A stretch of DNA of 64,000 nt from Acidimicrobiaceae bacterium (GTDB lineage Bacteria; Actinomycetota; Acidimicrobiia; Acidimicrobiales; Aldehydirespiratoraceae): positions 7,589-71,588 of the forward strand of contig VYCW01000087.1 of NCBI GenBank assembly GCA_009843735.1. Direction: 5' to 3'. The translations under genes were made by a program, and so were the position numbers. This document shows, piece by piece, positions 1-9,000 of this stretch. Positions within the stretch are counted from its first letter, which is position 1; each line of letters opens with the position of its first letter. The notes under the pieces are model-generated. The model saw nothing but the letters and a program-made list of their open reading frames with translations. It was not told the DNA's origin and did no database searches.

Positions 1-918
1 GTCCACATCCTGGAAGCCGGGGAACTTGTTGGGTATGGCCCCCATGTCGCCGCCGCCCTGAACGTTGTTCTGGCCCCGGAGGGGGCAAAGACCCGAGCCC
101 CAGCGGCCCACGTGGCCGGTGAGCAGAGCCAGATTGCACAGCGACACCACATTGTCGACGGCGTTGTGGTGCTCGGTGATGCCGAGGGTCCACAGGATCT
201 GGGCCTTGTCCGCGGTGGCGTAGGCGTGGGCCATCTCGCGGATGGCCTCGGCGGGAACTCCGGTCTGCTCTTCGGCCCAGTCGAGGGTGTAGGACTCGAC
301 GTGGGCGGCGTAGGCCTCGAATCCCTGCGTGGAGTGGGCGATGAAGTCGGGATCGTGCAACCCGGCGTGGATGATCTCGCGCCCCATGGCGTTGGCCAGC
401 GCGATGTCGGTTCCCACCGACAGGCCCAGCCAGCGGTCGGCGAACTTGGCCGAGGACGTGCGGCGGGGATCGATGGCGTACATGCGGGACCCGTTGCCGA
501 GGCCCTTGAGGACGTGGTGGAAGAAGATCGGGTGGGCCTCACGGGCGTTGGAGCCCCACAGCAGGACGACGTCGGCCTCCTCGACCTCGGCGTAGGACGA
601 GGTTCCGCCTCCTGCTCCGAACACTGTCGCCAGACCGACGACGGAGGGAGCGTGTCAAGTTCGGTTGCAGGAGTCGATGTTGTTCGACCCGATTGCCGTG
701 CGGATGAACTTCTGGGCGGCGTAGTTCATCTCGTTGGTTGCCTTCGAGCAGCTGAACATGCCGAAGCCGTCCGGTCCGTGGCGGTCGAGGACGGCTCGGA
801 AGCCGTCGGTGGCCCGGTCGAGGGCCTCGTCCCAGGTGGCTGGACGCAGCCTCCCGTTGTCGCGCACCATCGGAGTGGTCAGCCGCGGCAGCCGCTTGTC
901 GCGTGATCGTCCGCCCAT
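1..918 (-). CDS. Formate dehydrogenase H-type molybdopterin oxidoreductase, selenocysteine-containing (3' end outside window)
   Basis: Tracked ORF 655..951 ends ...GSNNIDSCNRT at TGA 655..657. The same frame stays open to nt 1 and reads HAPSVVGLATVFGAGGGTSSYAEVEEADVVLLWGSNAREAHPIFF..., collinear with E. coli FdhF ...NNVDCCARV-U-HGPSVAGL.... ATG at 918 is preceded by AGGAGG. Confidence 0.8.
626..642 (-). other. Putative bacterial SECIS apical hairpin (GUCGUC-GGUCU-GGCGAC)
   Basis: Starts 12 nt 3' of UGA 655..657. It has a 6-bp stem (one G-U pair) and a GGUCU loop. The GGUCUG sits at the same codon offset (+7/+8) as in the E. coli fdhF SECIS. Confidence 0.55.
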
Positions 919-962
919 TTGCCCCTTTCCTCCTTGCTGTTCCCTCAGCACAGCCTCACGCG

Positions 963-1844
963 TCAGCCCAGTGACAGAGTCTCGCGGGCCTGATCCGGAG
1001 ACTGGATTCTGCCCCCCATTGACTCCACTACCTCACGGGCCCGGTGCACCAGATCCGCGTTCGACGCGAACACGCCCCGAGCGAGGTACAGGTTGTCCTC
1101 CAAGCCCACCCTGATGTGCCCGCCGAGCAGCATGGACTGGGCCACCCAGGGGATCTGGTTGGCCGACAGCGCGAAACTGGTGAACTCGGCGCCGGCCGGC
1201 AGCAGGCGGACCAGCGCGGCCAGCAGGCCCACATCGGTGGGCGTGCCGTAGGGGATGCCGGTGCACAGCTGGACCCACGGCGGATCGGCGATCAGGCCCT
1301 CGTCCACCAGCGTGTTGGCCAGCCACAGGTGGCCGGTGTCGAAGATCTCCAGCTCGGGCTTGACCCCGATCTCCCGCACTCTCTTGGCCATGTCGCGGAT
1401 CATGTTCGGGGTACTCACGTACACCTGGTGGCCCTCGCCGAAGTTGAGCGTGCCGCAGTCGATGCTGCACATGTCGGGCTTGAGGGCCTCCACGTGGGCG
1501 AGGCGCTCCAGGCCGCTCACCAGGTCGGTGCCGTCGGACCCGAAGTCGAAGGGGTCGGGATCGCCGATCAGCAGGTCACCGCCCATGCCGGCGGTGGTGT
1601 TGATGATCACGTCACCGTTGGCCGCCCTCACCTGCTCGAGCACCTGGCGGTACAGGTCCACGTCGCGGGTGCCCTTGCCGGTGGAGGGATCGCGCACGTG
1701 GATGTGCACGATGGCCGCGCCCGCATCGGCTGCCTCCAGCGCGGCCGTCGCGATCTGAGAGGGCGTTATCGGCAGGTCGGGATGCTTGCCGGCGGTGTCG
1801 CCCGCACCGGTCACCGCGCAGGTGATGATCGGGTTGCGATTCAC
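963..1844 (-). CDS. 3-keto-5-aminohexanoate cleavage enzyme family protein (BKACE/DUF849)
   Basis: 293 aa. N-terminal PIIITCAVTGAG..., HIHVRD and GHIRVGLEDN motifs are typical of BKACE TIM-barrel enzymes. GTG start. Confidence 0.85.
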   Translation of the reverse strand: MNRNPIITCAVTGAGDTAGKHPDLPITPSQIATAALEAADAGAAIVHIHVRDPSTGKGTRDVDLYRQVLEQVRAANGDVIINTTAGMGGDLLIGDPDPFDFGSDGTDLVSGLERLAHVEALKPDMCSIDCGTLNFGEGHQVYVSTPNMIRDMAKRVREIGVKPELEIFDTGHLWLANTLVDEGLIADPPWVQLCTGIPYGTPTDVGLLAALVRLLPAGAEFTSFALSANQIPWVAQSMLLGGHIRVGLEDNLYLARGVFASNADLVHRAREVVESMGGRIQSPDQARETLSLG

Positions 1845-1941
1845 TGCCGGAACCCTACCGCTCTCGACGCGTTAGGGCAGCCCGTGGACGGCGCGAATCA
1901 AGCGCGTCCGCGCGCCCGACAGTAGATACGGTGACGGAGCC

Positions 1942-3651
1942 ATGAGATGGTCGAGACTGTTCATCCCGACACTGCGCGACGCGCCCGCCGACGCCGAGGC
2001 GGCCAGCCACAAGCTGCTGGTGCGCGGCGGCTTCATACGACAACTCCACGCCGGCCACTACTCGCTGCTGCCTCTGGGGCTGCGGGTGCACGACAAGGTC
2101 GAGAGCATCGTGCGCCAGGGCATGGAGGAGATCGGCGCCCAGGAGTTCCTGCTGCCGGCCATGCACCCGGCGTCGATCTGGCAGCGCTCGGGGCGCTGGG
2201 ACTCGGTCGGCCCCGAGATGTTCCGGCTCCAGGACCGCAAGGAGGCCGACCTCGCCCTCGGCATGACCCACGAGGAGGTGTTCAGCGAGATCGCCAGGGA
2301 GATCACCTCGTACCGGTCGCTGCCCCAGATCTGGTACCAGATCCAGTGGAAGTTCCGCGACGAGCCCCGGCCCAAGTCGGGCCTGCTGCGGGTGCGCGAG
2401 TTCGCCATGAAGGACAGCTACTCGTTCGACCTCGACGACGCCGGGCTGGACCACAGCTTCGGGATCCACCGCGAGGCCTACGCCCGCATCTTCGAGCGGC
2501 TGTCGCTCGACGCCATCGCGGTGCAGGCGTCGTCGGGGATGATGGGCGGCACCGGGTCGGTCGAGTTCATGGTGGCCTCCCCCGCCGGCGAGGACGACAT
2601 CGCCCGCTGCTCGGGCTGCGGCTACGCGGCCAACGTGGAGCGGGCCACCTCCACCCTGGCGCCCGTCGACGACGGCGAGTCCAGCGGCGAACTCACCCGG
2701 TTCCCGACCCCGGGAGTGCGCACCATCGCCGCGCTGGAGACGGTGGAGGGCGGCGCGCCGGCCCGCCGCCAGATCAAGACCATGGTGATGGTGCTGGACG
2801 GTGCGATGACGCTGGCCCTGGTGCGGGGCGACCACCAACTCAACCTCCAGAAGCTCGCCGACGGAACCCGGGCCACCGAGATCCGCCCGGCCGAGCCGGC
2901 AGAGACGCTGGAACGTCTGGGCGCTCACCCCGGTTCACTCGGAGCGGTGGGAGTGAAGGACCTGCCGATCGTGGCCGACCACTCGCTGCGGGGGCGGCGC
3001 AACCTGGCCACCGGCGCCAACACCGACGACTGGCACTACTCGGGCGTGGACATCGACCGCGACATCGCGGTGGACGAGTGGCTCGACCTGCGAGAGGTGT
3101 CGGCCGGGGAGCCGTGCGTGAACTGCGGCCAGCCCCTGGAAGTGATCCGCTGCATCGAGACCGGCCACATCTTCAAGCTGGGCCGGCGCTACGCCGAGGC
3201 CATGGGGGCCACCGTGCTGGACGCCGACGGGGTGGAGCGCCCCATCACCATGGGCTCCTACGGCATCGGCATCGGTCGGGCCATGGCCGCGGTGGCCGAG
3301 GTGCACCACGACGACAGGGGGCTTGTCTGGCCGGTGGCGGTGGCGCCCTACGAGACGGTGATCACGGTGGCCAGCATGCGCGATGACGGCGCGGTGGCCG
3401 TCGCCGAGCAGCTGTACGTCGAGCTTCAGGGTCTGGGCGTGGAGGTGCTCCTGGACGACCGCGACGCCCGGGCCGGTGTGAAGTTCGCCGACGCGGAGCT
3501 GGTCGGCATCCCCTGGCGGATCACCGCGGGACGGGCGGTGGCCGACGGCGAGGTCGAGCTGACCGACCGGGCGACGGGCGACACTCAGCGGGTCGGCATT
3601 CCAGATGCGGCGGCCCAGGTAGCCGCTCTGCTCGACAGCGCCCGATCCTGA
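1942..3651 (+). CDS. proS: Proline--tRNA ligase (bacterial type)
   Basis: 569 aa. [30 protein letters not shown]... and class II aaRS motifs. Full-length ORF. Confidence 0.95.
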   Translation: [569 protein letters not shown]

Positions 3652-3679
3652 CGGGCCTGGCGGGCCGCCGGGCGGGCTT

Positions 3680-4423
3680 TCAGTCGGACAGCTGCATCGA
3701 GAGGCGGCTGGCCGCCTCGATCACGGCCATCCCATGATCGTGGGTGTCGTCCGGGTCGGGGAACCGGTACGCGGGACCGTGGACGTGCAGGGCCGCCTCC
3801 ACGCTGCCGTCGCTCTCGAAGACGGGAGCAGCCACTGAGTTGAGCTCCTCAGCGAACTCCTCGTACACCCAGGCATAGCCGATGCTGCGCACCTGCTCCA
3901 GACGGTCCCGGAGCTCGTCGGGGTCGGTCATAGTCCACGACGTGCACTGCGCCAGCGGAGCGGCCAGGTACTCCTCGATGAAGCGCTCAGGCTGGTGGGC
4001 CAGGATCACCAGCCCCGACGGCACCGCGTGCAGGGGTGCGTACTCGCCGGTCCAGTCCCGAACCTGGATGTTGGAGGAGGACTCGGTCTGGTCGAGGTAG
4101 TAGACCTGTCCGCCGTCGATGATCGAGAGTCCGGCGACCTCGTCGATGCTCTCGGCCAGCTCGAGCAGGTGGGGCCGGGCGGTGGCTACGAGGTTCCGGC
4201 CCCGGGGGGCCGAGCCGGCCAGGTCGATCAGGCCGGGGCCCAGCCTGTACTCGCCGCCCGCCTCGGTCTGCTCGACGGCCTGCTCCTCCTCCAGGGAGGC
4301 CAGCAGCCGCGCCACCGTGCTCTTGGGCAGGTCGACGCGCTCGGCCAGTTCGGTGACACCCACCGGACCCAGTGCGAGAGCTCGGAGCAGCGCGAACGAC
4401 CTCTTGATCGACTGGACGGTCAC
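3680..4423 (-). CDS. IclR family transcriptional regulator
   Basis: 247 aa. N-terminal winged HTH (SIKRSFALLRALA-GP-GVTELAERVDLPKSTVARLL) plus a C-terminal IclR effector domain. Last gene of the dmgdh-etfBA transcription unit. Confidence 0.9.
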   Translation of the reverse strand: MTVQSIKRSFALLRALALGPVGVTELAERVDLPKSTVARLLASLEEEQAVEQTEAGGEYRLGPGLIDLAGSAPRGRNLVATARPHLLELAESIDEVAGLSIIDGGQVYYLDQTESSSNIQVRDWTGEYAPLHAVPSGLVILAHQPERFIEEYLAAPLAQCTSWTMTDPDELRDRLEQVRSIGYAWVYEEFAEELNSVAAPVFESDGSVEAALHVHGPAYRFPDPDDTHDHGMAVIEAASRLSMQLSD

Positions 4424-4466
4424 ATCGACAGCCTACGGTTCGACCGCTGGAGCACCGGAGCGGCTC

Positions 4467-5474
4467 TCATGACCACCGGCGGCGGATCTCGGCGCTGATG
4501 GCCGGGATGACCTGGTGCAGGTCGCCTATCACCGCCCAGTCAGCCTTGACCACCATGTTGGCCTCCGGGTCGATGTTGACGGCCAGGATGTGCTTGGAGC
4601 CCATGGCGCCCACCCAGTGCTGGATGGCGCCGGAGATACCGGATGCGATGTAGATCTCCGGGGCGATGCGGGTGCCAGTCTGGCCGACCTGGTCCGAATG
4701 GGGTCGCCAGCCGTTGTTGGTGACCGCCCGGCTGCAACCGACCCGCCCGCCGAGAAGCTCGGCCAGCTCCTCGAGGGGAGCGAACCCCTCGGCGGAGCCG
4801 ACGCCGCGGCCGCCGCCCACCACGACGGGCGCGGTGGGAAGGGTGACTCCGGCCTCCAGGACGACACGCTCCTTCACGACAGTTCGGGCCAGTTCGGGCG
4901 GCAGGTCGACGTCGATGGCCTCGACCGGGGGCGGGGCGCTGGGCGGCGGCTTGACCGGCGACGACGCCACCGTGTGGAGGGCGCAGGTGAGCAGAGCCGG
5001 TCCGGCCGTGCTCAAGGTGGCGTCCTCCAGGAGCGAGCCTCCCCACTGCACCCGGATCATCGACCACTCCGCTCCGTCGCCGCCCGGCGGGGTGATATCG
5101 GTGCAGTTGGCCACCATCGGTGCGTCCAGGCGTACCGCGGCCTGGGCAATGACCTCGTTGCCCCGCTCGCTGCCACAGGCCAGGACCGCATCGGGGGCCA
5201 GGAGGCCGGTGACCCGGGCGATGGACTCGCCCCATGCCTCCGGCCCGAAGTCGCTGAGCACGCCGTCGTCCACGGTGTACACCCGCACCGCGCCGTGATC
5301 GCCGGCTTCGGCTGCGATGGCGTCGGGTCCGGCCGCTTCGGGTGCGCCGGCACCGATTACGGCTGCGTGCATCTCGGCGCCCATCTTGGCGGCCAGCGTC
5401 CGGCCGAAGGTGAGCGCCTCCCGGCCGGCCTCGCCGAGCGTGCCCCGGTCGTGCTCCAGCACCACCAGCAGCAT
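4467..5474 (-). CDS. etfA: Electron transfer flavoprotein subunit alpha
   Basis: Real start is the internal ATG at 5474 (MLLVVLEHDRG...), which overlaps the etfB stop (TGATG). C-terminal FAD motif IYIASGISGAIQH. The upstream part of the 550-aa tracked ORF is out-of-frame read-through of etfB. Confidence 0.9.
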   Translation of the reverse strand: MLLVVLEHDRGTLGEAGREALTFGRTLAAKMGAEMHAAVIGAGAPEAAGPDAIAAEAGDHGAVRVYTVDDGVLSDFGPEAWGESIARVTGLLAPDAVLACGSERGNEVIAQAAVRLDAPMVANCTDITPPGGDGAEWSMIRVQWGGSLLEDATLSTAGPALLTCALHTVASSPVKPPPSAPPPVEAIDVDLPPELARTVVKERVVLEAGVTLPTAPVVVGGGRGVGSAEGFAPLEELAELLGGRVGCSRAVTNNGWRPHSDQVGQTGTRIAPEIYIASGISGAIQHWVGAMGSKHILAVNIDPEANMVVKADWAVIGDLHQVIPAISAEIRRRWS

Positions 5475-6238
5475 CACAGCACCCCCAGCTCCTCGAGCAC
5501 GTCTACCACCGCGGGGGCGGCCTCGGGACCGTGGCCCAGGATGGTCGTCTGCGACAGGGTCTCGGCAGGCCGATGCAAACGCACCAGGGCCTGACCCCCC
5601 GCCTCGGCGTCGATCTCCATGGTGGTGATGGCCAGCTTCTTGGACGCCAGGCGGCCTCGCATGGTCGGGTACCGGGGCAGGTTGATGCCCTCCTTCACGC
5701 CGAGGGCGGCGGGCATCGCCAGTTCGTAGACCTCGAAGCCGCCGTCGATCTCGCGGCGGGCCCGCAGGGTCGAACCGTTGATCTCGATCCCCTTGATGCC
5801 GTTGACGATGGGCCGTCCAAGGGAGTAGCACACCCGCACCCCCACCTGGAATCCGCCCGAGTCGGCCGACTCGTTGCCGAACAGGATCAGGTCGAAAGGA
5901 CCGCCGGACTCCTCCAGCGCTTCGATGGCCGCCGTGAGGGCCCGGGCGGTGCGCTCGGGATCCCAGGCCGCGCCGTCGGTCTGGATCAGCACACCGTGGT
6001 GGGCGCCCACCGACGCCGCGTAGCGCAACTGCTCGGCGGCCTCGGCCGGACCCAGGGTCAGCACGGTCACCTCGCCGCCGGTGCGTTCGGTAATCTGCAC
6101 CGCTTCCTCGACGCCGCACTCCTCGTGCGGGCTGGTGGTGAAGCCGAGGTGGGCGGCGTCAACGGCCAGGCCGTCGGCGGTGACGTTGATACGGGCGCCC
6201 GGCGCCGGCACCCGCTTCACGCAGCACAGGATCCTCAT
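5474..6238 (-). CDS. etfB: Electron transfer flavoprotein subunit beta
   Basis: 254 aa. MRILCCVKRVP... typical EtfB N-terminus. Coupled to etfA. Confidence 0.9.
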   Translation of the reverse strand: MRILCCVKRVPAPGARINVTADGLAVDAAHLGFTTSPHEECGVEEAVQITERTGGEVTVLTLGPAEAAEQLRYAASVGAHHGVLIQTDGAAWDPERTARALTAAIEALEESGGPFDLILFGNESADSGGFQVGVRVCYSLGRPIVNGIKGIEINGSTLRARREIDGGFEVYELAMPAALGVKEGINLPRYPTMRGRLASKKLAITTMEIDAEAGGQALVRLHRPAETLSQTTILGHGPEAAPAVVDVLEELGVL

Positions 6239-6257
6239 CGTTCGCCGCTCGGGCCTC

Positions 6258-8792
6258 TCAGCTCTTCATGCGGGAGTCATCGGGGTCGAACACCGCGCCG
6301 GTTCCGGCCACCCGCACCGGGAACAACTCGTTCATGTACATCACCTGGAGGTCGGTGCCCGGCACGGCCAGCTCGGCCGGCAGGTACCCCATCAGCAGGT
6401 GCTTGCCCAGCGACGGGCCCGGTCCTGCGGTGGTGACCCTCGAGACCCGGCCGTGGGAGTCGACGATGCGCTCGCCGTCGGAGGTGAGGATGGGCTCGTT
6501 GCCGCCCTGCATGTAGCGCTTGCGGCCCCGGCTGTCGTGCAGGTCCTCCACGGTGAGCACGCACATCTGAACTTCGGGGTCTCCGGCCTCACGGGCGGCC
6601 AGGTAGGCCTCCTTGCCGATGAAGTCGGCCGCCTTCACCCGGGGACGAGCCAGACCGGCCTCCAGCGGGTTGTACTCGCTCTCCAGCTCGGCCCCCATGA
6701 GCCGGTAGCCCTTCTCGAGGCGGCCGGAGGTGCCGTACACGCCGCCGCCGGTGGGCCGCAGGCCGTAGTCGGCGCCGACCCGCATCAGGGCGTCCCACAC
6801 CGCGGGGCCGTCGTCCCAGGCCAGGTAAATCTCCCAGCCGGTGTCGCCCACGTAGGAGATGCGGAACAGGGTGGCCGCCACCGGCCGGCCCGTGCCGCCT
6901 TCGAGCTCCACGTCGACCAGCGAGCCGTAGGGCGAGCCGGCCTGGCTCAGGTCGGCCTCGCACACGGCGCCGAGCACCGCCGGGGCGTTGGGCCCCCACA
7001 GACCCAGGGTGGTGATGTGGTCGGTGACGTTGGCGAAGCTCACCGACCCGTCGGTCGGCATGTGGCGGCGGACCCAGAACTCGTCGCGCCCGCCGTCGAA
7101 CACGCCGGTCACGACCCTCACCCTCTCGGTGCCGAGACGCATCATGGTCAGGTCGGAGTGGAAGCCGCCGTCGGGGGTGAGCCACGGCGTGTAGATGGAG
7201 CGGCCTACGGGCACGTCGATCTTGTTGACCGCGAGGCGGTCGGCGAAGGCGACCGCGCCCGGCCCGGCGAGCTCGTAGATCTGGAACGCACTGAGATCGA
7301 CCAGCCCGCAGTTGTCCCGCAGGTTGAGGTGCTCGGCGTTGGTGATCGGGCTCCACCAGCGGTTGTCCCACTCGACCTCCCGCTCCCCCAGCCCGTAGCG
7401 CTCCACCAGGTCGGCGTTGGACTCGAACCACTGGGGCCGCTCCCAGGTGCGGGCCTGGAAGAAGAAGGCGCCCAGGTCCTGCTGGCGCGAGAAGTAGGGC
7501 CCGACCCGCAGGTTGCGGCGGCTCTCCCACTGCTCGGCCGGGTGGACGATGCCGTAGGTCTTGTTGAAGTGCTCGGCGGAGCGGGCCCAGATGTGCTCGT
7601 CGGGACGCTCCTCGGGATAGAAGCGGGAGATGTCGGCGCCGTGGGCGTCGATCACCCGGGGGTAGCCGTAGGTCATCCACTCGGCTACCACCTGGGCCAT
7701 GCCCGGCCCTTCCTTGACCCACACCGCGGCGGCCGACCATAGGTTGCGGACCTCGGGGACCTCGCCCAGGCACGGCATGGCGTCGGGGGTGAGCGAGAGC
7801 AGGCCGTTGATGGCGTACTTGATCTCGGCGTCGCCCAGCATGTCCATCAACTCGATGGCCTGCTCCATCTGGGGGTCGAAGTCGTCGGGGGTGAACGGCA
7901 TCTCAGTGGGCGAGAGCGCGGCCTCCTCGTTGGAGGGGATCTCGTCGGGGTGGTGGAAGATGGGGCGGTGGGCGTAGGAGCCCACCTCCATCGAGCCGGC
8001 GGTCTGGCGCTCGTAGCAGAACGTGTCCATGTCCCGCACGATCGGGTAGCCGATCTCGTTGCCGGTCTCGGCGAGGATGTCCATCGGGCCCACGTCGGCC
8101 ATCTGGTGCACGGCGGGGACCAGCGGGATGGTGGCGCCGGCCATGTTGGCCAGCCGGTTGGACCACACGCCGCAGGCGATCACCACATAATCGGTCTCGA
8201 TGGTGCCGGCGTCGGTCACCACGGCCTTGACGGTGTGGTCGCCCGGGTTGGGGCCGGGTTCGGCGACGATGTCGAGCACCTCTGTGTTGGCCAGCACCCG
8301 GCACCCGTTGTCGGTGGCCAGGCGGCGCATGACGGTGCCGGTCTCCAGAGAGTCCACCACCGACACCGTCGGGCAGTAGAAGCCTCCCAGAATGACCTCG
8401 GTGTTGACGAAGGGGACCAGCTCGGCCACCTCTTCGGGGGTGAGCAGGTGGGCCTCCACTCCCCAGGCGGTGGCCGACGTCATGCGCCTCTGCAGCTCGT
8501 CCATCCGCTCTTGGGTGCGGGCCACTTCGATCCCGCCTGAGTCGACCGACAGGTCGAGGTCCCGGTACTGGTTGGCGCTCTGCACGCCGAGCAGGCACAT
8601 CTCCTTGTTGTGGTCCACCGGGAAGATGAAGTTCGATGCGTGACCGGTCGACCCGCCGGGGTTGGGCAGGGGCCCCTTGTCGAGGAGCACCAAGTCGTTC
8701 CAGCCGAGCTTGGTCAAGTGGCCTACGAGACAGTTGCCGACGATGCCGGCCCCGATCACCACGCACTTGGCGCTGGCGGGGAACTCGCTCAC
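6258..8792 (-). CDS. Dimethylglycine/sarcosine dehydrogenase family protein (FAD oxidoreductase fused to GcvT-like folate-binding domain)
   Basis: KCVVIGAGIVGNCLVGHL dinucleotide fold, STGHASNF, and a C-terminal aminomethyltransferase-like domain. Preferred GTG start at 8792 lies behind AGGAGGA. Alternative ATG at 8837. Tracked ORF extends to 9041. Confidence 0.85.
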   Translation of the reverse strand: MSEFPASAKCVVIGAGIVGNCLVGHLTKLGWNDLVLLDKGPLPNPGGSTGHASNFIFPVDHNKEMCLLGVQSANQYRDLDLSVDSGGIEVARTQERMDELQRRMTSATAWGVEAHLLTPEEVAELVPFVNTEVILGGFYCPTVSVVDSLETGTVMRRLATDNGCRVLANTEVLDIVAEPGPNPGDHTVKAVVTDAGTIETDYVVIACGVWSNRLANMAGATIPLVPAVHQMADVGPMDILAETGNEIGYPIVRDMDTFCYERQTAGSMEVGSYAHRPIFHHPDEIPSNEEAALSPTEMPFTPDDFDPQMEQAIELMDMLGDAEIKYAINGLLSLTPDAMPCLGEVPEVRNLWSAAAVWVKEGPGMAQVVAEWMTYGYPRVIDAHGADISRFYPEERPDEHIWARSAEHFNKTYGIVHPAEQWESRRNLRVGPYFSRQQDLGAFFFQARTWERPQWFESNADLVERYGLGEREVEWDNRWWSPITNAEHLNLRDNCGLVDLSAFQIYELAGPGAVAFADRLAVNKIDVPVGRSIYTPWLTPDGGFHSDLTMMRLGTERVRVVTGVFDGGRDEFWVRRHMPTDGSVSFANVTDHITTLGLWGPNAPAVLGAVCEADLSQAGSPYGSLVDVELEGGTGRPVAATLFRISYVGDTGWEIYLAWDDGPAVWDALMRVGADYGLRPTGGGVYGTSGRLEKGYRLMGAELESEYNPLEAGLARPRVKAADFIGKEAYLAAREAGDPEVQMCVLTVEDLHDSRGRKRYMQGGNEPILTSDGERIVDSHGRVSRVTTAGPGPSLGKHLLMGYLPAELAVPGTDLQVMYMNELFPVRVAGTGAVFDPDDSRMKS

Positions 8793-8888
8793 AACCAATC
8801 CTCCTGTGCTGCCGTGCCAGCGGGACGAGGTTCTCATGTAGTCTGCGGCGTCCGCCTTGGGGGCAGGCACCACAGCCTGTTCTGTAAT

Positions 8889-8913
8889 GCGGAATCGTTC
8901 CGCGATACGGAAC
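8889..8913. promoter_or_regulatory. Candidate operator: three alternating CGGAA/TTCCG half-sites (GCGGAA-TCG-TTCCG-CGATA-CGGAAC)
   Basis: Two overlapping perfect palindromes in the divergent dmgdh/fhs intergenic region. The same GTTCCG-N5-CGGAAC core recurs at 14653..14669. Confidence 0.5.
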
Positions 8914-9000
8914 GACAAGCTACCCTCGGGGGCGGTGCCGCGCCAACTCCCCGGCCGGTGCTCGCAACCGCGCAAGACTGCTGCGAAAGGATCCGCATCG

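Noticed and set aside
1849-1854. Lone CGGAAC half-site next to the BKACE start, similar to the C1 operator half-site
   Set aside because: No partner half-site occurs at the 5-nt spacing, and a single hexamer is expected by chance.
8852-8865. ccgccttgggggca upstream of fhs resembles the CCGCCUGGGCA 3' element of the ZTP (pfl) riboswitch, which often controls fhs and folD
   Set aside because: It lies at the 5' end of the leader rather than after a P1/P2 domain, and I could not find the rest of the consensus on either strand. A covariance-model search would settle it.
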